A stretch of 64,000 bases of DNA, from the NCBI GenBank assembly GCA_035493235.1, contig DATJIP010000106.1, positions 26,610 through 90,609 on the forward strand. Reading direction: 5' to 3'. Shown here piece by piece: positions 53,545 through 63,070 of this stretch. How positions within the stretch are numbered: the first letter of the stretch is position 1; each line of letters starts with the position of its first letter. A model generated the notes under the pieces. That model searched no databases. It had not been told where the DNA came from and worked only from the letters and a program-made list of their open reading frames with translations. Source of the stretch: Steroidobacteraceae bacterium. Its GTDB lineage: Bacteria > Pseudomonadota > Gammaproteobacteria > Steroidobacterales > Steroidobacteraceae. The position numbers were made by a program, and so were the translations under genes.

Positions 53545-53973
53545 TCAAACGTTGTGGGATTCGAGTGTGCAGCCGCGGTCGCGATATTGCTTGTAACGCT
53601 CGCGCGCCACGCGCTTGCGTTCCGGATCGACGTCAACAATCTCCGCGACACGTTCGTACTGCTCCAGCTCCGCTGGAATCGCATCGGTGAGATTCACAAC
53701 GAGCTGTCGATGCGAGGGCGGCGCGGCGGCGTCGCCGAGCAGCACCATCACTCGTGCATGCGGCGCCGGTCCGCCGGCGAAGATCTCGTGCGGCAGGAAG
53801 CTGCCATCTTTGAACGTCCACAGCAGGTCGTCGAGCCGCTGCGCTTGTCCGTGGTCCGCGGTCTGCAAGTAGACATGCGAGCCTTGCTCTGCGGCCTGCT
53901 CGGCGAGTCGACACGCCCAGCGCAGGCGCGCGTCGGGCATGTCTTCCGAGAGGACGTAGAACTCGACGCGCAC
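53545..53973 (-). CDS. holC: DNA polymerase III subunit chi
   Basis: VEFYVL, LDDLLWTF..SFLPH, ARERYKQYR; GTG overlaps the pepA stop. Confidence 0.92.
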   Translation of the reverse strand: MRVEFYVLSEDMPDARLRWACRLAEQAAEQGSHVYLQTADHGQAQRLDDLLWTFKDGSFLPHEIFAGGPAPHARVMVLLGDAAAPPSHRQLVVNLTDAIPAELEQYERVAEIVDVDPERKRVARERYKQYRDRGCTLESHNV

Positions 53974-55454
53974 TACTTGTTGAGCAGGTAGTCGACCAGC
54001 AGCGGCACCGGTCGGCCCGTGCTGCCTTTCTGCGCCCCCGACAGGTACGCCGTGCCGGCGACGTCGAGGTGTGCCCACTTCAGGCCGTCGGTGAACTTCG
54101 CGAGGAAGCACGCAGCGGTGATCGCGCCGCCTTCGCGGCCCGCGACGTTGGCGAAGTCGGCGAAGTTGCTCTTCAGTCCCTCGGCATATTCCTCGCCGAT
54201 CGGCATGCGCCAGGCGCGGTCGTCGGCGCGACGGCCGGCATCTTCGAGCGCGGCGATGAGATCTTCGTCGTTGCCGAACAGTCCCGAATAAACATTGCCG
54301 AGCGAGACGACGATGGCGCCCGTCAGCGTCGCGATGTCGATCACCACGTCAGGCTTGAAACGCCGCGCGTACGTGATCGCGTCGCACAGGATCAAGCGAC
54401 CCTCGGCGTCGGTGTTCAGAATCTCGATCGTCTGGCCCGACATGCTCTTGACGATATCGCCCGGCTTGGTCGCGAGACCGCTCGGCATGTTCTCGCACGC
54501 CGGCACGACGCCGACCACGTTGATGGGCAGATCCATCGTCGCGATGGCCTTGAACGTGCCGAGCACGCTCGCCGCACCGCTCATGTCGAACTTCATTTCG
54601 TCCATCGCCGGCGGCGGCTTCAGCGAAATGCCGCCGGTGTCGAACGTCACGCCCTTGCCGACCAGTGCCGTCGGCGCCTCGCCGCGTGTGCCGCCCTTGT
54701 ATTCGAGGACGATCAGGTACGCAGGCTCCTGCGTGCCGCGAGTGACCGACAGGAACGAGCCCATCTGCAAGCGCCTGCATTCAGCCTCGTTCAGCACGCG
54801 CACGCTGATCTTGCGATGCTCGCGAGCCAGGTTGCGCGCGGCCTTCGCGAGATAGCCGGGCGTGCAGACGTTGGCAGGTTGATTCGCGAGATCGCGCATC
54901 AGGCTCACGCCGGCACCGATGCCTTCGCCGTGTGCGATGGCGCGTTCGGCATTGCCGCGATCGCCGCGACCGCTCACCGCGATGCCGAGCTTCGTCAGCG
55001 TCGGCTTCGGTCGCTTGTTCGCCGTCTTGTGGTCGGGAATGCGGTACTGCGAATTCGATCCAACCTCCACCGCGATGCGCGTGAGCGCATACGTGTCGGC
55101 ATCGCCGACGCCGTCCAGGCCGAGGTAACTCACCGCATCCTTCGCGCCAGTGCGGGCGACGACGCCGAGTGCGCTGGCGAGCGCCTTGCGGTACTGCTTG
55201 CGCTTGAAAGAATTGCGTCCGCCGAGGCCGACGACCACGACGCGTTCGACCGGCCCGCTCAGGTCGGCGAGCAGCACGACGTCGCCGGTCTTGCCGCGCA
55301 GATCGCCGCGCTTCACCAGCCGCGCGATGCGGCCGCCGATGCGCTTGTCGAGCTCTTCAGCAGCCGCAGACAAAGTGCCTTTGTCGTACACGCCGACGAT
55401 GGCGCAATCGGTGCGCTGTTTCGCCGGACCGCCGAGACTGACGAAAAATTCCAT
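53973..55454 (-). CDS. pepA: Leucyl aminopeptidase
   Basis: VGKGVTFDTGG, MKFDMSG, NTDAEGRL. Confidence 0.95.
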   Translation of the reverse strand: MEFFVSLGGPAKQRTDCAIVGVYDKGTLSAAAEELDKRIGGRIARLVKRGDLRGKTGDVVLLADLSGPVERVVVVGLGGRNSFKRKQYRKALASALGVVARTGAKDAVSYLGLDGVGDADTYALTRIAVEVGSNSQYRIPDHKTANKRPKPTLTKLGIAVSGRGDRGNAERAIAHGEGIGAGVSLMRDLANQPANVCTPGYLAKAARNLAREHRKISVRVLNEAECRRLQMGSFLSVTRGTQEPAYLIVLEYKGGTRGEAPTALVGKGVTFDTGGISLKPPPAMDEMKFDMSGAASVLGTFKAIATMDLPINVVGVVPACENMPSGLATKPGDIVKSMSGQTIEILNTDAEGRLILCDAITYARRFKPDVVIDIATLTGAIVVSLGNVYSGLFGNDEDLIAALEDAGRRADDRAWRMPIGEEYAEGLKSNFADFANVAGREGGAITAACFLAKFTDGLKWAHLDVAGTAYLSGAQKGSTGRPVPLLVDYLLNK

Positions 55455-55492
55455 GAACTTTCCTCGCGAAAGTGCCGTAGTCTACCGCATCG

Positions 55493-56596
55493 ATGCGCAC
55501 GCTGGACCGGTACATCTTTCGCGAAGTCGCCGTGACCTGCATCGCGGTGACGGTCGTGCTGCTGGTGATCCTGCTGTCCAATCAGCTGGCGCGCGTACTG
55601 TCGCAGGCCGCGGCCAACGATTTCCCTCGTGAGGTCGTATTTGCGCTGATCGCCCTCACCTCGGCCGGCTATCTCACGGTCATCGTACCTATCGGCTTCT
55701 ACCTGTCGATCATGCTGGGGCTCGGCCGGCTGTACCACGAGAGCGAGATGGCCGCGGTGCAGGCGTGCGGCGTCGGCCCTGCCGGCCTGTTCCGGCCGAT
55801 CGGCGTGCTCGGCGTGGCGATCGCGGCGCTGCTCGTCTGGCTGTCGTTCTGGGCGATTCCAAATGCGACCGCGCGGGCGCAGGAGATTCGCGTTTCGGCC
55901 CTGCGCGAGGCGCAGTTCGGCGCGCTCGAGCCGGGCCGGTTCCGCACCTTCGCGGCCGGCAAGATCGTGTTCTACGCCGAGAGCGTCGACGACAACCACA
56001 TCCTGCACAACGTCAACGTCTTCGTCGACCGGACCGAAGAGGAGGGCAGCGAAGGCAAGATGGAGATCTGGGTTGCGACCCGCGCCGAGCAGCGCGGGGC
56101 GGGGCAGGCCGAGCAGACCTTCGTCCTCTACGACGGGCGCCGCTATGAGGGCGTGCCCGGCAGCGGCGAGTTCCGCATCATTCAATTTTCGGAAGGCGGC
56201 ATCCCGATTCGCCTCGGCGAGCTGGGCGGACCCAAGAGCAAGGCGGAGCTCAAGACGACGCGCGAGCTGCTGGCATCGTCGAGTCCGGCCGACTCGGCCG
56301 AGTTGCAATGGCGCGCCTCGACACCGCTGCTCGCGCTGGTGCTGATGGTGCTAGCCGTGCCGCTCGCCCGGCTGCGGCCGCGTCAAGGCCGCTTCGGACG
56401 CATTGGCATCGCGATCCTCGTGTACTTCGTCTACTCGCAGCTGATGGCAGCGGCTCGGACCTGGGTCGAGAGCAGCGTCGTGCCCGAGTTCATCGGCATC
56501 TGGTGGGTGCACGCGATCGCCTTGTGTGTCGGCCTGTGGCTGCTGGCGCGCGAGAATCCGCCCGGCAAGCCGCGTCCCGTGGCGGTGCCAGCATGA
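55493..56596 (+). CDS. lptF: LPS export ABC permease LptF
   Basis: LDRYIFRE, RLYHESEM, ELQWR, PRQGRF; divergent from pepA. Confidence 0.92.
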   Translation: MRTLDRYIFREVAVTCIAVTVVLLVILLSNQLARVLSQAAANDFPREVVFALIALTSAGYLTVIVPIGFYLSIMLGLGRLYHESEMAAVQACGVGPAGLFRPIGVLGVAIAALLVWLSFWAIPNATARAQEIRVSALREAQFGALEPGRFRTFAAGKIVFYAESVDDNHILHNVNVFVDRTEEEGSEGKMEIWVATRAEQRGAGQAEQTFVLYDGRRYEGVPGSGEFRIIQFSEGGIPIRLGELGGPKSKAELKTTRELLASSSPADSAELQWRASTPLLALVLMVLAVPLARLRPRQGRFGRIGIAILVYFVYSQLMAAARTWVESSVVPEFIGIWWVHAIALCVGLWLLARENPPGKPRPVAVPA

Positions 56597-57663
56597 CCTC
56601 GACTCTCAGTCGCTACGTCATGCGCGCGGTGCTCGGCACCACGATGCTCGTCATGCTCGTGCTGCTCACGTTGAGCGGCCTGTACCTCTTCATCACCCAG
56701 CAGGACGAGATCGGAGTCGGCAGCTACGCGCTCGGCGACGCGTTCCTGTATGTCGGTCTCAACCTGCCGAAATACGCCTTCGACATGCTGCCGATCGCCG
56801 CGCTGATCGGCGCGTTGCTGGCGCTCGGCAACATGGCGCGCTCGATGGAGCTGATCGTGGTCCGCGCCGCGGGTGTGTCGGTGGCGCGCATCGCAATGTG
56901 GGTGGCCGGCGCGGGCATCATCCTGATGCTGCTCACCGCGATTCTCGGCGAGCTGGTCGCGCCGCAGATGGAACAGTACGGTCAGCGCATGAAGACCTTC
57001 CAGAAGTATCACCAGTACAGCCTCGCAGGTAATCGCAGCGCGTGGGCGAAGGACGGCGACACCATCGTCTCGGTCGGGCAGCAGTCCGGCGACAACCGTT
57101 ACGGCGGCGTCTACGTCTTCAACTTCGATCCGCAACATCGCCTGACCAGCGTCGGCCGCGCGAGCAGCGCGAGCATCGACCCCAACAACGTCTGGCGCCT
57201 GGAAAACTTCCGCGAGTCGCGTTTCGAGGGAGATCGGGTCGTGGCGCGCGGGCCGTCGGCTGCGCAAGTGAAGACGCGGCTCTCAGCGGAGTTCCTCGGG
57301 CTCGCCGTGCTGGATCCGGAATCGCTGCCCGGCATCGGGTTGCTCAGCTACATCCGTCATCTGAAGCAGAACGGTCTCGACTCGCGGTCGTACGAGACGG
57401 CGTTCTGGGCGCGCATCGCGCGCACCATGGCCGTCGCGATCATCGTCGTGCTCGCTGTGCCGTTCGCGTTCGGGCCGATGCGTTCCACCGGCACGGGCTC
57501 GCGGACGGTCGTCGGCATCATGATCGGCGTGGTGTTCTTCCTGCTCGCGAAAATGCTGGAGAGCGGCGGCGAAGTATTCGATCTGCCGCCCATCGTGATC
57601 GCCTGGGCTCCGACCGCGCTGCTGGCGCTGATCACAGCCATCGCGGTCAGTCGCGTTCGATGA
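56593..57663 (+). CDS. lptG: LPS export ABC permease LptG
   Basis: LSRYV, LGNMARSMELIVVRAAG, FGPMRS. Confidence 0.92.
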   Translation: MTSTLSRYVMRAVLGTTMLVMLVLLTLSGLYLFITQQDEIGVGSYALGDAFLYVGLNLPKYAFDMLPIAALIGALLALGNMARSMELIVVRAAGVSVARIAMWVAGAGIILMLLTAILGELVAPQMEQYGQRMKTFQKYHQYSLAGNRSAWAKDGDTIVSVGQQSGDNRYGGVYVFNFDPQHRLTSVGRASSASIDPNNVWRLENFRESRFEGDRVVARGPSAAQVKTRLSAEFLGLAVLDPESLPGIGLLSYIRHLKQNGLDSRSYETAFWARIARTMAVAIIVVLAVPFAFGPMRSTGTGSRTVVGIMIGVVFFLLAKMLESGGEVFDLPPIVIAWAPTALLALITAIAVSRVR

Positions 57664-58094
57664 CGGCGGGAGTGCTGCGGCGTCTGGGCGCAATGCTCTA
57701 CGACGGCCTGATCGTCCTCGCGCTGATGTTCATCGTCACCGCACTATTTCTGCCGTTCACCGGCGGCGAGGCGATCACGCCGGGCGAGTCCGGTGCGCTC
57801 GAGCGCATCTATCAGGCGACGCTGGTGCTGGTCGTCGTGCTGTTCTTCGGTGTGTTCTGGACGTGGCGCGGCCAGACGATCGGGATGCTTGCGTGGCGAC
57901 TGCGAGTGCAGCGGCCGGACGGCAGCGCGCTCAGGTGGCGCGATGCGCTGCTGCGGTTGGCGGCGGCGTGTGTGTCGATCGCGGCGCTGGGATTCGGATA
58001 CTGGTGGATCTGGGTGGATCGCGAACGGCTGGCGTGGCACGACCGCTGCAGCGGGACGACGGTCGTGGTGTTGCCGAAGAAGAAAAAAGCCTAG
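57660..58094 (+). CDS. RDD family protein
   Basis: RRLGAMLYD, GQTIGMLAWRL, WHDR. Confidence 0.88.
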   Translation: MTAGVLRRLGAMLYDGLIVLALMFIVTALFLPFTGGEAITPGESGALERIYQATLVLVVVLFFGVFWTWRGQTIGMLAWRLRVQRPDGSALRWRDALLRLAAACVSIAALGFGYWWIWVDRERLAWHDRCSGTTVVVLPKKKKA

Positions 58095-59213
58095 CTATTT
58101 GCCGACGAGTTGCTCGACCGGTTTGAAGAGAGCTTCGTACTTGTAGTCGGGGATCTCGTAGACCCAGCCGGTCACTTTGGTGGCGACCTTCTTCGCGTCC
58201 TCTGCGACGTTCGGCGCGGCCGGCTGCGGCGGCTCTTCCGGCTTGGCCGCGGGGGCAGCTTCACCTTTCTTCTCGTCTGCCTTCTTCTCTTCAGCAGGCG
58301 CGGTCGCGACCTTGAAGTGCTCGGCTTGTGCCGCGTCGAATGACGGACGCAGCGCGACGTAGTGCTTGTTGTCCTGGATCCAGCCGTCGACATCGACGAT
58401 CAAGCCATCGAACGTCTTGAACGTTGCGTGCGCAGCGGCCGGCGTCGATTGCAACGCACTCGCGGCGCGTACGTCGGAGAGGCTCAGGCTGGCCAGCGCG
58501 GACGCGACGCTGTTCGCTGCCGTCGGTGCAGCCAACGATTTGCCCTTCGGCAAGCCGTCGACGTTGAAGTTGGCATCGGCGCGAGTCGCCTTGGCGGCGG
58601 TGTACGGCTTCGCATCCTTCGTAGTGACAGTCGCGGACTGCATGCGGTCGGCGCCGACATCGATGATGTCCTTGCGCAGCCAGGCTTCCGGTGTCGACGA
58701 CGTATCGATCGTCGCGTTGATCAGCCAGCTCTGCGCCTCGCCCGCGCGGCGCACGTAGTTCGAGCGCGCGCCGACACCTTGCTTGCCGATGATGAGATTC
58801 ACCGGCTTCGGCGCGCCGACCAGCTCGATGCGCAGGCTCGTCGCACCCTTGCTGGTCGTGTCTTCGACGCCGAGCGTCGCGTAGGCTTCGGGATTGGAGG
58901 TCTTCTGCTCGTACACCTTGGCGTCGGCGAGCGCGACCAGGAGCTTGCGCACCTTCGCATCGTCGGCGGGGTAGTTGTCGCGCTCGCTCACGGTCCAGTC
59001 GTCGCCCTGCTTCTTCAGCTCGACGACGCGTGCATCCCCGGCTTTGAACATGTTCACCGCGCTGACGGAGTTCAGCTGCTCCTTCAGCTCGGGATAGAGC
59101 GCGCCGGTGCCGGCGCTCGAGCCCGTCGAGCCCTCGCGGCCCGCGAGCCATACGCCGGCGCCGATCGCCACGATGGCGGCAATGGCCAGAATCAGCAGTC
59201 TTCGCGATGTCAT
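58095..59213 (-). CDS. DUF4340 domain protein
   Basis: N-terminal TM anchor, YPAD, YVRR; follows the GldG-like gene. Confidence 0.8.
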   Translation of the reverse strand: MTSRRLLILAIAAIVAIGAGVWLAGREGSTGSSAGTGALYPELKEQLNSVSAVNMFKAGDARVVELKKQGDDWTVSERDNYPADDAKVRKLLVALADAKVYEQKTSNPEAYATLGVEDTTSKGATSLRIELVGAPKPVNLIIGKQGVGARSNYVRRAGEAQSWLINATIDTSSTPEAWLRKDIIDVGADRMQSATVTTKDAKPYTAAKATRADANFNVDGLPKGKSLAAPTAANSVASALASLSLSDVRAASALQSTPAAAHATFKTFDGLIVDVDGWIQDNKHYVALRPSFDAAQAEHFKVATAPAEEKKADEKKGEAAPAAKPEEPPQPAAPNVAEDAKKVATKVTGWVYEIPDYKYEALFKPVEQLVGK

Positions 59214-59225
59214 GTCAACGACCCT

Positions 59226-61139
59226 TTAACCCGTGTGAGCGGCGGCGCGGCCGGCGCGCAACCGGCTGCGGCGCATGAACGCGAGCACGATGGCGCCGAT
59301 CGCCAGCAGTGCCGGCACCAGCGCGATGTTCAGAATCTTCAGGCGCGTGCCGAGGCGCTCGATCTCGATGTCGAGGCTGCGCCGCACGTCGCGCAGCTCC
59401 TTGCGGATGCGCACCCGTTCCTGCTGGAAGCGAGTGAGCTCCGCTTCCTGCTCCGGCGAGAGCACGAGCGAGTTCGTGTTGGTCCGACCGGCTTCGAGCT
59501 CCGACAGCTTCTTCTCGGTGTCCTTCAGCTCGTTGTCGAGCTCCTTCTCCTTGGCGAGCAGCTGCTCGTTCGCGTGCTTGCGCAGATCGTCCACCTTGGT
59601 GAACGGCCGGAAGAAGCTCTGACGGCCGCGGATGCTGATCAGATCGCCGCTGCCCGCGAGGTTGTCCACTGCGTTGGCGAGGAAGTCGCCGTTGTTGGCC
59701 CACGCCATCGAGAAGTGCTGACCGAACACGTTCTGCGTCCGCACCCACAGCGGATCGGCGAGCATGTCGGTGTCGGCGACGACGATCAGATTCGCATCGC
59801 CCACCGACTCGGTCTTGTGCTCGCCCGCAGGCTTCGCGGCAGCAGCGCCTTCTCCAGCCGGCGCGCCGTTCGGGAAGGCCGACTTCAGTTTGCCGTGGAT
59901 GCGCGCCGCGACGACGTAGCGCTCACCCGTCGGCTTGAAGTCCTCGAGCAGCGACTGGCTGTCCGGCAGGAATGCGAGGCGCATCACCGGCAGCAGCTCG
60001 GAATCGGCGCTCGATTGCAGCAGCGGCTCGAAATTGATCGTTGCGCCGTCCTTCTTCTTGAGCACGCCGGCGGTCATGACGTTGATCGAGTCGAGCGTAG
60101 CGGTTACGACGTCCTTCGTGTTCATGCTCGAGCGGTTCAAGCCGATGATCGCGACGTGCTGCGAAGGCGGCTCGCCCTGGCGCAGCGCCACGGTCAGGCC
60201 GAGGCCACGATCGCCGAGCACCTTGCCCGAGTCGTACGCAATGCCCCAGGCGTCGAACAGCGGGCCGAGCGTGGAGGAGCGCGGCACCATCGACATCGGA
60301 CCGCCCTGCTGGCCGGCGGGGTCGTTCTCCGACTGCGGATCGACGAACGCGATCAGCTTGCCGCCGCGCATGACGAACTGGTCGATCGCGTACAGCGTCT
60401 TCGGCGACAGCTCCTTCGGGTGCACGACCATCAGCACATCGACATCGTGGTCGATCGTCGCGATATCGGTCGCGAGCGTGCGCACCTGCAGTTGCTCGCG
60501 CAGCTGCTCGATGCTCGCCCAGCCCGGAATCATGCGGCCGGTCTGCTGATCGAAGTTGGCATCGACGGGCAGTGCCGAGATCAGGCCGAGCGTCGGCTTC
60601 TTGGTCGTGCCGAGCCGATGGATCATGCTCGCCACGTCGTACTCCAGGAATTCTTCCTTGTCCGGCTGGAAGAACGGAATGATCTCGCGGCCGTCGGTCG
60701 AGTTCGTGCCAGCGAGGCCGAAGTACATGTTGTCGTTGCGCGCGCCCATCGGCACTGCCTGCAGGCCGAACTCGGCTGCGCGATCTTCATCCTCCGAGAA
60801 AGGCTTCGGGTCGATCACGGTGAGCTTGAGGTTGCCCTTGGAGCGCTGCGCCATCTCTTCGAGCAGCTCGCGCACACGCTGCGCGTACGCACGCAGCTGC
60901 GGCGACTCCGCACTCGCTTCCTGCGAGAAGAAGAAGTACAGGTTGATCGGCTCCTGCAGCGAGCTGACGATGCTCTGGGTGCCCGGCGCGATCGAATAGA
61001 GATTGCTCTCGGTCAGATCGATGCGCGCGCCGCGCAGCACGAACGTGATGAGAATCGTCACGCCGATGAACAGCACAGCGAGCGCGACGAGCGCGCCAGC
61101 GCCGAAGGTCTTGCGGGCGGTGGTGATGTTGGTGGTCAT
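59226..61139 (-). CDS. GldG-family ABC transporter auxiliary component
   Basis: RIDLTE..LYS, LEYD, IDQFVMRGG, VVADTD, NAVDNLAG...LISIRGR. Confidence 0.88.
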   Translation of the reverse strand: MTTNITTARKTFGAGALVALAVLFIGVTILITFVLRGARIDLTESNLYSIAPGTQSIVSSLQEPINLYFFFSQEASAESPQLRAYAQRVRELLEEMAQRSKGNLKLTVIDPKPFSEDEDRAAEFGLQAVPMGARNDNMYFGLAGTNSTDGREIIPFFQPDKEEFLEYDVASMIHRLGTTKKPTLGLISALPVDANFDQQTGRMIPGWASIEQLREQLQVRTLATDIATIDHDVDVLMVVHPKELSPKTLYAIDQFVMRGGKLIAFVDPQSENDPAGQQGGPMSMVPRSSTLGPLFDAWGIAYDSGKVLGDRGLGLTVALRQGEPPSQHVAIIGLNRSSMNTKDVVTATLDSINVMTAGVLKKKDGATINFEPLLQSSADSELLPVMRLAFLPDSQSLLEDFKPTGERYVVAARIHGKLKSAFPNGAPAGEGAAAAKPAGEHKTESVGDANLIVVADTDMLADPLWVRTQNVFGQHFSMAWANNGDFLANAVDNLAGSGDLISIRGRQSFFRPFTKVDDLRKHANEQLLAKEKELDNELKDTEKKLSELEAGRTNTNSLVLSPEQEAELTRFQQERVRIRKELRDVRRSLDIEIERLGTRLKILNIALVPALLAIGAIVLAFMRRSRLRAGRAAAHTG

Positions 61140-61140
61140 C

Positions 61141-61890
61141 TCAGTCCGCCTTCTTCATGTCGAGCACGATCGCAGTGGCAATCAGCCAGACAGCGATCAC
61201 GGTGGCGAAATACAGCAGGTCGCGGATGTCGATCACGCCCTTGGCGATCGAGCCGAAGTGCGTGAGGAACGACAGCGAAGCGACCGCATCGATCACCGGC
61301 TGCGGCGCCCAACCCTGGAAGGCGTTCAGCACCAGCGCGAATCCCGACAGCAGGAACGCGAAGCACGCGACGACTGTCACGATGAACGCGATCACCTGAT
61401 TCCGCGTCGCCGCCGAGAAGCACGCACCGATCGCGAGCAAGCCGCCGGCGACGAGGAAGCTGCCGATGTACCCGGCGAGGATCGCGCCGTTGTCGGGATC
61501 GCCGAGATAGTTGACCGTGATCCAGACCGGGAACGTCAGCACGAGCGCCAGACCCGCAACTGCCCACGCTGCGAGGTACTTGCCGATGACCGCTTGCCAC
61601 GGCGTGATCGGCAGCGTCATCAGCAACTCGATCGTTCCCGATTTGCGCTCCTCGGCCCACAGCCGCATCGATAGCGCCGGCATCAGGAACAGATACAACC
61701 ACGGGTGATAGTTGAAGAACGGCGCGAGGTCCGCCTGACCGCGCTCGTAGAAACCGCCGAGGAAGAACGTGAACAATCCCGCGAGCGCCAGGAAGATCAC
61801 GATGAACACCAGCGCGAGCGGCGTGGCGAAGTAGCTCGCGAACTCGCGGCGGAAGAGGATCCAGACATTCCGAAATGAATCACTACGCAT
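61141..61890 (-). CDS. ABC transporter permease (GldF-like)
   Basis: REFASYFATP, MRLWAEERKSGTIELL, NQVIAF. Confidence 0.9.
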   Translation of the reverse strand: MRSDSFRNVWILFRREFASYFATPLALVFIVIFLALAGLFTFFLGGFYERGQADLAPFFNYHPWLYLFLMPALSMRLWAEERKSGTIELLMTLPITPWQAVIGKYLAAWAVAGLALVLTFPVWITVNYLGDPDNGAILAGYIGSFLVAGGLLAIGACFSAATRNQVIAFIVTVVACFAFLLSGFALVLNAFQGWAPQPVIDAVASLSFLTHFGSIAKGVIDIRDLLYFATVIAVWLIATAIVLDMKKAD

Positions 61891-62629
61891 TGACGGCCTC
61901 CTTGATCGCCGGCTTCGCGCCCAGCGTGATCTGACGGAAGACGTCTTCCAGCTTGCCGCTCGGCGCGCGCTTCGCCAGCGCCTGCGGCGTTTCATCGGCG
62001 AGGATGCGGCCCTGCGCGATGATGATCGCGCGATTGCACACCGCATCGACCTCTTCGAGGATGTGCGTCGAGATCACGATGATCTTGTCCTTGCTCATCG
62101 CGCTGATCAGCTCGCGCACTTCGTGTTTCTGGTTCGGATCGAGGCCGTCGGTCGGCTCGTCGAGGATCAGCACCAGCGGATCGTGGACCAGCGCCTGCGC
62201 CAGGCCGACGCGTCGCCGGAAGCCCTTCGAGAGCGTCTCGATTACCTGCTCGAGCACGCTGGCGAGGCCGAGCCGCGCGATTACATCGTCGAGCCGCGAG
62301 CGGCGCCGCTCGCCGGTCAAGCCGCGCACGTCGGAGATGAACTCGAGGAAGGCGCGCACCGACATCTCGCCGTAGCTCGGCGCACCTTCGGGCAGGTAGC
62401 CCATGCAGGACTTCGCCGCGAGCGGCGCCGCCTGCACGTCGTGCCCGCAGACGCGCACTGTCCCGGAGGACGGCGCAAGGAAGCCGGTGATCATCTTCAT
62501 GGTGGTCGACTTGCCGGCGCCGTTCGGGCCGAGGAAGCCGAGCACTTCGCCGGCCTTGACGTCGAAGGAGACGTCGTCGACGGCGGTGAGCGCGCCGTAG
62601 CGCTTCGATAAATGACTGATCTCGATCAT
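61883..62629 (-). CDS. ABC transporter ATP-binding protein (GldA-like)
   Basis: GPNGAGKST, LSKGFRRR, LILDEPT, STH. Confidence 0.93.
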   Translation of the reverse strand: MIEISHLSKRYGALTAVDDVSFDVKAGEVLGFLGPNGAGKSTTMKMITGFLAPSSGTVRVCGHDVQAAPLAAKSCMGYLPEGAPSYGEMSVRAFLEFISDVRGLTGERRRSRLDDVIARLGLASVLEQVIETLSKGFRRRVGLAQALVHDPLVLILDEPTDGLDPNQKHEVRELISAMSKDKIIVISTHILEEVDAVCNRAIIIAQGRILADETPQALAKRAPSGKLEDVFRQITLGAKPAIKEAVNA

Positions 62630-62917
62630 GGTGTACTCAGCAGTTGATCGGTGGTCTCTCGCGCTCTTCGTGTTATCGCCGCATGCGCGGCGGTGCGAGC
62701 AGCCCGGTTCGCGACCGGCAGGCGAGAGGGCGGCGATTCTCGTTCAGCGAACTTTTCCTTTTCAAGCCGGCAGTGTTGCTGCGCCGGCAAAGTGAACAAG
62801 ACTTAATAGGTGGCGCTTCACTCCAGCGCTACGCTCATGACAATTTCTTCGCAAAAATCCGCAAATTGCAACCTTAGTGTAATGGTGTTGCAGGGCAGCA
62901 TCAGGTATATTTGGCAA

Positions 62918-63055
62918 CGCAAAATCGGTGTGCGAATGCGCTGATCGAGATCGCCACACCGACTTTGAACCGAATGCTGCTTGCCGCGCTCTTAGCGAGG
63001 TAAGTCTCGAATCCCCCTGACTGGCCGGGTGACTGTAAGTCCCCGGCCTTTTTTT
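62918..63055 (+). ncRNA. Candidate small RNA: two hairpins, C-rich linker, intrinsic terminator
   Basis: Hairpins at 62925-62962 and 62979-63005; UCCCCCU at 63012-63018; no + strand CDS to explain the + strand terminator. 5' end estimated. Confidence 0.5.
63023..63055 (+). terminator. Rho-independent terminator
   Basis: GGCCGGG-T-GACT-GTA-AGTC-CCCGGCC followed by T7. Confidence 0.85.
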
Positions 63056-63070
63056 GACCCCTGGCCACCG

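Noticed and set aside
58362-61265. 967-aa + strand ORF and similar long antisense or alternate-frame ORFs (e.g. 16538-18325, 42390-44066, 25-756)
   Set aside because: They overlap well-supported genes on the other strand or frame and have no motifs.
62911-63003. 30-aa ORF (MATQNRC...LLAALLAR) or 9-aa ORF within the sRNA candidate
   Set aside because: No RBS and a TTG start. RNA structure explains the region better, though a small peptide is not excluded.
63000-63022. CTCGAATCCCC resembling a tRNA or tmRNA T-loop
   Set aside because: No acceptor stem, D-arm, anticodon arm, CCA end or tmRNA tag peptide.
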